DNA from: Dimorphilus gyrociliatus
Lineage: Eukaryota > Animalia > Annelida
Direction of reading: 5' to 3'
Length of the DNA stretch: 64,000 nucleotides
Assembly (NCBI GenBank): GCA_904063045.1
Contig: CAJFCJ010000005.1
Span: 2,722,165 to 2,786,164 of the forward strand
Made by a program: the position numbers and the translations under genes. Positions 54,673 to 64,000 of this stretch are shown piece after piece. The notes beneath the pieces are model-generated. The model was given only the letters and a program-made list of their open reading frames with translations, had not been told where the DNA came from and made no database searches. The first letter of the stretch is position 1; the number at the start of each line of letters is the position of its first letter.

Positions 54673-56340
54673 ATGGAAAATTTATTATTTATAAACAGTA
54701 TTTATTCATTTTTGTATAAATACGAAAATAACTTTTTGTCTGCTGCCAATGTTGTCAACGTTGTTCCCTATGTTGTTATTATGAGAAGAGCTCTTTTAAC
54801 CGTTGGTAGTAACGTCCGACCCTTATTGTGTTCATTCTTAATAGTGCTCCTACATAAGTTACTTGAATCTGCGTATTCTTACTTCAGTGATTATTACTCA
54901 GCAGTTATATTTACGGATATTCATAAAAACTACGTAGAAGAAACTGCTCTGGGCTGGCCACTAGAGAACGATTTCAGTGGCTTTCTCAGTAAATATATAC
55001 CATCACAGCCTATTATAGCGAGTTTTAATTCAAACCCTGAAGATTATGCCATTGGAAGAATCTCCGAAGACGTTAGCCAAGAAGCATTACAAACTATTAG
55101 AATCGCTTCTCAATTAGCTGAGAAAGGAAAAGGAGAGAGAGCCTCTAAGCTATTCGAGCATGCTGTTTCTTTAGATAGTCATCAGCCTGAGGTATTGAAT
55201 GAATATGGAGTTTTTTTGGAGAGAAATAAAAATGATATTATCAGGGCAGAACATATGTATTGTAAAGCGTTACAGTATAACTCCAGTCATGAAGCTGCAA
55301 TAGCAAATAGGAGAAGGGCTTCGCCTATTGTTGCTAAACTAGATAAAGCAATGTTTCAAAGAATAAAAAGAAAAAAAGAAGTTCTTCTTAAAGCATTAAA
55401 TAAAAAAGATAACATTGTAGTTTTACAAAAAGCTCATCACGAACTCTTTCTACAACATATACATCATACTGCAGCTTTAGAAGGCAATACATTTAGTATA
55501 GATCAAGCTCGAGTCCTAATGGAAACTGGTAGGGCAATTGGGGGTAAAAGTGTTGCAGAACATAACGAATTACTAGGACTTGCTGAAGCTCTGTTGTATA
55601 TTAATTCTACCCTATTGAAGAAAATAGGAAATTTCAACGTACAAGACTTGCTAGATTTACATCAACATATTATGGGTCACGTTGATCCTAGAACGGCTGG
55701 TCAGATACGTAATAAACAAGTATTTGTATCAAAGCATATACCTCCGAAAACAAAGCTCGTACCTGCCCTATTAGAGGATCTTGTTCAATGGATAAATAAT
55801 AATCTAAGATCAGGAATGCCAGATATTAAACTTTCTGCCTTAATCCATTATAAATTAGTTTATATACACCCATTTTTGGACGGCAATGGTCGAACAGCAA
55901 GACTCTTAATGAACTCCATTCTTCTAGGTTCTGGATATCCTATTGTAAATATAGGATTAAATGACAAGCATGAATATTATACGTTATTACAAGCTGCCAA
56001 CGACGGTGATGCTCGACCGTTTATACGCTTTATAGGCAGATGTACTGAAAGAACACTCAACGATCTTCTGTGGTTGATATCGGATGAAGTAAAAAGACCT
56101 TTGGCTCGTTCTCTTATTGATAGTCGTGAAGAAAGAAGTATTCAGGAAAGAAAAGATGACAAGGATAAAATAAGAGAATTACTTTTAGAGCCTGACGATG
56201 ACAAGCGATTTCAAAATTTCAGAGAAGGCAAAGAACACTATACAGATTTAGAACTTTTAGGGAAAACTCTAGGAACAACACCAAAGTATGAAGAAACAAT
56301 AAATTTATCGGAAGTTAAAGACGATCGTGTAAGAGGATAA
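54673..56340 (+). CDS. FICD: Fic-domain protein adenylyltransferase (HYPE/FICD), single coding exon
   Basis: Hydrophobic N-terminal segment, TPR pair (ERASKLFEHAVSLDSHQPEVLNEYG), inhibitory helix HTAALEGN and catalytic HPFLDGNGRTAR. Start could be ATG 54673 or ATG 54781. Confidence 0.95.
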   Translation: MENLLFINSIYSFLYKYENNFLSAANVVNVVPYVVIMRRALLTVGSNVRPLLCSFLIVLLHKLLESAYSYFSDYYSAVIFTDIHKNYVEETALGWPLENDFSGFLSKYIPSQPIIASFNSNPEDYAIGRISEDVSQEALQTIRIASQLAEKGKGERASKLFEHAVSLDSHQPEVLNEYGVFLERNKNDIIRAEHMYCKALQYNSSHEAAIANRRRASPIVAKLDKAMFQRIKRKKEVLLKALNKKDNIVVLQKAHHELFLQHIHHTAALEGNTFSIDQARVLMETGRAIGGKSVAEHNELLGLAEALLYINSTLLKKIGNFNVQDLLDLHQHIMGHVDPRTAGQIRNKQVFVSKHIPPKTKLVPALLEDLVQWINNNLRSGMPDIKLSALIHYKLVYIHPFLDGNGRTARLLMNSILLGSGYPIVNIGLNDKHEYYTLLQAANDGDARPFIRFIGRCTERTLNDLLWLISDEVKRPLARSLIDSREERSIQERKDDKDKIRELLLEPDDDKRFQNFREGKEHYTDLELLGKTLGTTPKYEETINLSEVKDDRVRG

Positions 56341-57046
56341 GTTCCTTCTCAAACCTATAAGGAAAGTGTAAAAATAATATGAAATATTCTTTCATCCTTT
56401 ATCTGTCTTTCTAAGCAACTCTTATCTATACCAATTTCATATATCACATCTATATCTACATATATATATATATATATTTCTCTATCTCTCCCTTGCTCAT
56501 TCTGTGTATGATTATTTTCAACCAACTTTCACTTGCACATTTTTAACTATTGTGCCATCAATTATTCTCTACACAAAGATTCTCATACTCTACTCTTATT
56601 TTATATAAGAGAATGTAAACGGCATGGTTCAAACAAGAAACGAAGAGAGATAGAGATGTACTAGGAAATTTAAGCTGCAGATTATATTATCACAATTATC
56701 TTAATATTTATTCTTTTTGTAATCAATCAATATGGAGATTTCATGTAATTTATAATTATTTAATTGATAATTTTAAACATAAATATGATGTGTGCCATTT
56801 AATTTTATTGTTTCGTTTGTTTATTTATTATTTTTTGATTTATTCGTAAAAAAATGCTTTATAATATTACTATATAATGGCTTTATTGTAAATAAATTAA
56901 GAGAGTTTTCCCTCTCCTTTATTTCTGAATAAAAAGATATATAGTATTAGAATATTAACTTTGAAAATATAATTATTATATTTAGACGACTTATGTATTA
57001 TTCGATTGTATTTGTACTGTAAATAAGAGATTCTTTATTTGTTCTT

Positions 57047-57065
57047 GAGCCGGTAGATGTCCTTC
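57047..57065 (+). promoter_or_regulatory. CTCF-like motif upstream of HS6ST
   Basis: GAGCCGGTAGATGTCCTTC (weaker 3' end). Confidence 0.3.
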
Positions 57066-57176
57066 TCTGGAAATCTTCTTTGCAGAAGTTTACAAACATT
57101 AAGCAGACGACGGTCTGAGTCAAAGAGAGATGCAGTTTCTCTTTCAGCGTCGTTTTAACGTCAACTTTCTCAAACA

Positions 57177-60100
57177 ATGACTTTTCGTGGAGGGAAATGG
57201 AAGATATATAAATTAGTGATAGTTTTCTTTATATTTACGACTTTTTGTCTTTTCGCTGTCTATCTATTGCAAAATAAACCAGCAAGTTTTGATCTAACTG
57301 CAGAATTTAGCAATGAAGACACATCGAGACAGTTTAAAATTTTGCAAAACAACGAGTTCGTTCTTGTGTTTGTACATATTCAAAAAACAGGTGGTAGCTA
57401 TTTTGGTAGACAGCTAGTCAAGAGTTTAGATATGAAAAAGCCATGCAAATGTAAATCAGGGAGAAAAAGATGCAATTGTACGAGAGATGGAAAAATTTGG
57501 TTATTTAGTAGATATTCTACTGGTTGGGCATGTGGTTTACATGCTGATTGGACAGAATTACATGAATGTGTCAATGAAAAGATGAATAAGATCGAGAAAG
57601 ACGTGAGAAAAAGAAGGTAAATTTATTGTTTTTATTTTATTCATAAGGAAACTTGAGAAGCTAAGCCCTTCAACGAATAGAATGAAAGAATTTCCTATTC
57701 TGGGTGGAGTTTTATTCTCAACTTCCTAAGTTACCAAGTCCATTCTTTCCTCGTAAACTGAAACTCATTGCTCTCTAATCGTTGCCTATTCTACTAATTT
57801 CGAATGAGTAATCCTTATCCGTATATAAATAAGGGAGAAAACATTTTATATAAAAAATCCCAAAATCATATAGGATATGCGTTTGCATAATACATTTTAT
57901 TTGGACGGTTAGAGATCACTAATGGACAAGTAAGTCTTTCTGTACATTGACAAACGAGATTTTCAAATATATATAAATGTAGTTTTTAGGTAAGACATTC
58001 TTTTTGCTTTGTCTAATATAAAAACAATCTGGTTTTAGAGTATTTTCGCAATCTTTCATCAGTATTCAATAGAGAAGGATAGAATTAGAAAGGCGAAGAC
58101 GAGGGAAGGGGGGCTAGGAGGGCGGAAAAGTAAAAAGAAATCTCAATTAAAACAAATTACTCTATAGTCTAAGGACAATAAGAGTAAAATCAATATGTTG
58201 ATTGAAAAAAGTACAAGAAAGAAGTAATTACAATAGGAAAACTACTACTATAAACTTTACTATCTGTTAACAGGAAGAAAAAAGTATATATATATATCTT
58301 CAATATTTATTAATGTTAATGTAAAAAAAACCATATACAGCAAATATAATTATTTAATAAAAACATACTTTAAGTAACAAAATATTTCATATTCTTTTAT
58401 GATTAGTGTCGGGTTAATAATACTGTTTTGTAGTGTTATTCTATATGCTAATTCAATCATTACATTATATCTATATACATATATTTAATAACATTAACAA
58501 TTAAATAGAAAAAAAAATCAATGATATATCAAAGCTGCAGAAAAGATATACAAACCCAAATATATATAGACTCTACATATTGAAACAAAAGACTTTTTGA
58601 CGTACTAAAATTTGTTTGTCCTTATAAAAAGATAGACATTAGTTTATTCATTCATTTTATTTGTCTGCTTTTTTTTTCTTAGACCCCTAATTATCCTTAA
58701 ATGTTTACAAATCTGCTAAGAAAATCAAAAGTTCAACAGTTCAACATAGGTTTAATTAGAAACACCAACAGGACTCCTTTTTTTTTTATCTCTTATCCAA
58801 CTGTAAAGTACTTTTTGCCCTCTTTGCACCCTTTTGCAAAAATATTTTCAGATTACAAGCTCATTAATCATTTTTCCCTTGCTAGCCTTTACGCTATACC
58901 TGCCATTATATCGTCCTAAGTAACAATTTTCCTTTTTATATTCTGTAGGAATTAATAATCAACTTTCTTTGATGAAAATCCAAGTAATTGAAAGTAATTT
59001 ATTATAAGGCAAGGGGAGAACATAGCTATAGTTTCATGTATCAATTTTTTCTACCTGATAAATAATATTAGAAGTATTCAACTGTAACTACTGCAATACA
59101 ATTATTCCAGTTGGCAGGCTAAACTCTATAGGGACATAGGAACTATCAAAGTACAGCCTAAATTCGTACAAGCGTGAGAATAGCAGTATATTTTAAAAAT
59201 TATTCGTTCGCTAACTAAATTGCGAAGGAATGAGAGTGTTCTATATAATCATTGACATTTTCATAACAGAACACTTATCTAATGCTTACGTTATATTAGA
59301 TTAGTAAATATCATAATACAATCTTATGTAATTATTTAGCTATTCTTGCAATATCTAACAAAGTATTTGATTGAATACGAATTTTTTTTCGTTATACACT
59401 ATTATCTTATTTTTTTATAAATCTTTTCCTTTCCCTCTAACTGATACCAGAGTTGAGTTAAAATGGACCGTCCAACCGATAAATAAACACCCTGGTATCT
59501 GTGTATATTTATATTGTCCCGCACTACTGCAAATGACAATTGCAGTAAGTGTGTAATTGATTAAAAAAACCTGGAATAAGTACGATTAATGCAATCTTGA
59601 GAGTATCAGACGAAATATATAACCTAAGAGAAATAAACAAGAGAGAAAAGTAATAAATAAACAAATAGTGATATTCATATTTAAGATTTTCATAATAATT
59701 TTTATACTTAATATTACAATAAATAATTAATTTTAGGAATTTCGTATGTTTGTATTTATATATAATTTTTCATAGAGCAGATTATTTGTAAATATAAATA
59801 CACGTGCATATACAAAATATCGTTTGTATATGTACAGTAGATAGATAGTATATGCTAACGGTATAGTATTTAGTATGGCCATTTTATAAGAACGATAAAA
59901 AAAAAAGAGGGGGAGGGGGAATAGAATGCACACTACCAGAAAATTCAATATCCTGAAGATACAACTGGGAATTGTCAATTGATATTCCGTATAGTTAAAC
60001 GAAGCATTTCAAAGGGACGAACATTCCGAAATCGAATATCCCACTAAATAGTCTAAGAGGACTAAAAAGTAGGTGAAAGAAAGTTTTATAAAAGAATTTA

Positions 60101-63100
60101 CCAGGAGACCTTCACGGGGTTGTACTTTTCATTTTAGTAGTGGAAGAGAAAGAATCAGAAAAATTATACGCTTAGTTTGTTTGTCATTCTATCAACTTCA
60201 TTTGTTTATTGATTTATTTATTATTTCTACCATTTTTTTTATAAACATCTTGGGGAATTGACAACCGCAACTAATTCGCTGGTGCAAAGTTAATTCGATT
60301 CGAACAATAGATCGAACTACGCGATAATAAAGTAACGCTTGTATAGCGTTTGTCTAGTTTGTCACGATCGGTTTTTTGGACAGGCTTAGTCGTTAATTAT
60401 GCAAACGTCGAATACTTAAACGAATCGCGTTAAGGAGTGAATGCGATTTTGGTAAAGGCCTATATAAAACGCCTTTAAGCATTGGGAATACTTTATTCAA
60501 CCTTTTTACTTATACTCCTCGACCCTAGCAATTTTTATTGCAATTTTTATCTTATACAGTAAATGCTGTGTGAGCTAACAGTATTTTTTTTACTAATCGA
60601 AATATGCTTAATTTAATATTTTCATAAAATTTTTGTGGCCTATAGTTTTATTCCGCAAAAAGGAATAAGTTCTCTAGGGAGTATGTAGATGATAATGTAA
60701 TCAAACAGCAACAAGCTTTCAGTAGTGATATTTCATCCCACTTTTTTCGGGCAAGAAAACCCGAAGGACGTTATCGATCTATCAAATTTGTAATAATTTT
60801 TCAAAGACATATTGAATTGCTAGAAAGAAAAATGAATGAAAGGAAAACTTTATTAATTATTAATATAAAATCGATTAATGGAACAATAATCTGATTCTTT
60901 GTTCTCTGATAATAAATATTATGTAACAATATCAATAGAGATTTTCTTATTTATTGTCTTTTCCTCTTTTCATCTATTTTTTCAGTATCTATCGTTAATC
61001 TGCATATATCTAATTAAGGATCATTACGGCTGTTTTTTCCGTTTAATTAAATGCTCCTAACTTAGTCATTTCTGTTCAAAAGGACAACGAAAGTGCATTA
61101 GTTGTGGGTTTTTTGTGATGGAGATCAAATATTGAGCTTAATAATGTATATCATAAGAGACTTATATTCGGTTGCCTTTCTATATATAGCTATATAGACA
61201 TGTATGTTTGTAATGTGCTTGTAATATTACTTACAATATATACGGATCTTTTAAACTTTTGGAAAATCGCTAAGAAAGCTATCACTTTGTCGCCCATTTA
61301 ATAACGGTGTTACTATCAAAAGTACCATACGATATACTACCATAAGATGTAGTAAAGTGGGATAAGAAAAATTGGATGAGAAAAAAAAGCACCTCGATTG
61401 AGCTAGACCATTAATATCTACTGCTATCTCTAGAGGAATATTAAGATAAATTCTTTTCCTCCTACAAGATTTCCCTTAGTAAATACATAAATAAGTACTA
61501 TAGGGTAGAGAAAACTTATTGACCTCTTTCTCTCTCTTTATCTTTTTACATTATTAATTGTTTAATTATTATACTTTTCCCGTCATTTTACAATCGTTAA
61601 CGATTAAACAACAAGAAGAATATGTAACAACCCTACATTCCGTGTCTCTTCATTTAGAGCTGCTAAAAGATATATATCACGAAAGATTCCCGTTGGATGT
61701 GAACTTTTCTCGCCTGTTTCGGATAGATAACCATCAATTTTTCTTTTAATCCCCCGGCGAAGCTTTTCCAGAGGTTTTAAAAATTTACAAGCCTTATTGC
61801 TCTGTAAGGAGTCTACTTGTAATAAATGCCTTCTTAGTGTTACTACTTTCATCGATATTCTATTAATTAGGTTGATAAAAGTCCAATATGTCAACAAAAT
61901 AAGAGTGTATAAAAGATATTTTTTAATGCCTTATAGACTAAGGGCTGAAAGTATCTCCGATAGGGATCGGATAAATATAGTAAGGGAAATGTTTCAGGGC
62001 GTCTCCGATCGATTGATATACTGTTGTATCGGACTTTGTCGCGTCAGTTGATATAACAAGCGAAACATGATTTTATTGTCACCCGAAACCAAAATTTTAA
62101 GGTCGTATGAAACAGTAAATAGTCTCTTAAAAATGAATAGACGGTTGATGAAGAGAAATCACCCGTATTTCCTGTTATTATATTTCTATATCACAACCGA
62201 GTAAAATGAATAAAATACTGTGTTCGCACAGAATATTAAATATTCTACCGGATTTACGGTTATACACGATATATAATAGATTTTAATTAAGCCTACCAAT
62301 TACGTTAAGCAAGGAATTATAGTATCCCACATATCTATTATATTTCCTTTTTCGTTTTCCTCAACAGTTACCTATATATTACAAACGTTAGAGATCCGCT
62401 TAAAAGGTATCTTAGTGAATGGAAACATACCCAGAGAGGGGCAACTTGGAAAGATTCGTCACTTTTATGCGATGGAAGAGAATATAAAGATTTCATTCAA
62501 AAATGCTATGAAGGTAAAGTAAAAGGCGATTGTCTAAATTTTCTTTCTTGTTATTTCTCTTTGTTTTTTTTTCTTTTCTTACATTCGATTCACAATAATT
62601 ATGATGCTAAGGAAATTGCCCTTTAAGCAAGCCATATTAGCACGAGACATTAATTAGAGATGACTGTTTAGAATAACTACTAAGAGGCCTTACAACTGTA
62701 AAAGCATATGTTTCTTAGTTCCTTTACTGTCTGGCGCATTACAGCAGTTTTTATCGTTTTTTATTATCTTTTCTTTTACAACAATTTATAAAATTCTCCT
62801 TTATTATAAATAATTGAACTTAATTCTATTTATCGCAATATATCATATTCCGACTTGCCAATGATAATTGTCAAATTACTTCTACTTTTCAGTAACGCCA
62901 TCTTCTTCATTATTAAATATGAGTATTTTTTTTTATATACACAGGGGAAAATTGGATGGGAGTAGGTTTAGAAGAATTCTACTCATGTTCGTACAATTTG
63001 GCGAATAATAGACAAACAAGAATGCTGGCAAATTTGTCCTTAATTAACTGCTACAATTCAAAATTACCGAAAAGCGAAATAGATAATATACTATTAGAAT

Positions 63101-63570
63101 CAGCTAAGAAGAACTTACGAGCAATGGCTTACTTCGGACTAACTGAATATCAAATAGAATCTCAATTTCTTTTTGAAAGGACATTTAACGTTAAGTTTTT
63201 GGTGAATTTTCTTACTATAAATAACAGTAGAGCGGATAGGGCTGAAATATCGTCTAAGGACTTAGAGGCAATACACGAAGCCAATGAATTAGACTTTAAA
63301 TTATATGATTATGCCAAAGAACTATTCTTTAAGAGATTCAATCAAATTAAAAAAGATTATTTTATGAAAACTGGTTTAAAATTTAAACCTATTAAAAGTA
63401 TTATAAATAATACAATTCTCGAAGAGATGTTAAATGATTATGGCTCTGATGAAGATGATGTAAATGCAAAAAAGAAAAATGCTCTCTCATTATTAAAGCA
63501 AATGAAAAGACATTTAAAAGTTGATAAGCATATTAAGAAAAAATTGAAGAACTTCCAAGAAACTGATTAG
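57177..63570 (+). CDS. HS6ST: Heparan-sulfate 6-O-sulfotransferase, 403 aa
   Basis: Exons 57177-57616, 62368-62513, 62945-63570 (1212 nt, in frame). Type II TM; 5'-PSB HIQKTGGS; WLFSRYSTGWACGLHADWTEL; RDPLKRYLSEWKH...RGATWK; NLANNRQTRMLA. Confidence 0.93.
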
Positions 63571-63927
63571 TAAAAGTTTATTTAACTTCCTTTATGGTTC
63601 ATTTTCCTGTTTTAGACGATAAAAGGAAGTATTTAAGATATTTTAAATGGAAACCAAAATGATCCATTGTTTTTATTTCGTTAAAGTTTTGTCTCTTTTT
63701 CCGATTAATGTTTTTTTTGCTTTTCCTTTTTTTTAATATTATATAGTTTTTTTTTATTTAATTTGTTATATCTCAAATACAGATTTTTTACAATTCTTTT
63801 TAATAAAAATATATATATGTGTATACTATCTTTGAAAACTTGAATAAGTCTTTCTATTAATCTTCTTTTCCCTCTCCTCCTCCATCTCCTTTATTGGTAA
63901 CGTTCTTTCTTAAGAATCCTATGATTT

Positions 63928-63949
63928 ATGTCTCGGAGTGGCGCTGCAG
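63928..63949 (+). other. Possible first coding exon of a downstream gene (MSRSGAA|G)
   Basis: ATG followed by a GC-rich patch and a CAG|GTAATG donor at the window edge; no downstream exon is visible. Confidence 0.2.
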
Positions 63950-64000
63950 GTAATGTCAAGGTCGATTTAAAATTAGTTTTTATCACTTTTAAACATGTTT

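Noticed and set aside
60646-60894. An open frame of about 80 codons without an ATG in HS6ST intron 1
   Set aside because: A few such frames are expected by chance in this much non-coding DNA; no symmetric splice pair and no recognisable motif.
61558-62051. Short ORFs and a 6-bp hairpin (TCCGAT-AGGG-ATCGGA) as a possible TE remnant
   Set aside because: No terminal repeats, target-site duplication or transposase/RT motifs.

Overview
This is AT-rich eukaryotic DNA with short GT-AG introns and many (TA)n/(GA)n microsatellites. No prokaryotic features, CRISPR arrays, tRNA/rRNA genes or recognisable transposons were seen. The gene set (Fat4-type cadherin, PVDLS-containing KLF, ANKAR, STIL, CTCF-like motifs) suggests a compact-genome invertebrate bilaterian; this is inference and I cannot name the species. 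Gene order: 3' part of FAT4/Fat (+, 4847-17064, 5' exons upstream of the window); a candidate 3-exon orphan gene (-, 19211-17755); a KLF3/8/12-like gene with two candidate first coding exons (+, 21864-26039); STIL (-); ANKAR (+); CCNH (-); AP3D1 (+); MED25 (-); FICD (+); HS6ST (+). The last seven include three head-to-head pairs. I found no wholly new multi-gene system. The most interesting signals are ones the ORF track misses: (1) three frame-preserving microexons (9, 18, 27 nt) in one ANKAR intron that would edit an ankyrin-repeat loop; (2) a spliced 147-aa ORF I cannot assign, between FAT4 and KLF; (3) an intronic TATA/KLF-box promoter feeding an alternative acidic KLF N-terminus; (4) a recurring CTCF-like motif that brackets the KLF locus. 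All exon models were reconstructed by hand, and comparisons with human/fly proteins are from memory and need alignment.
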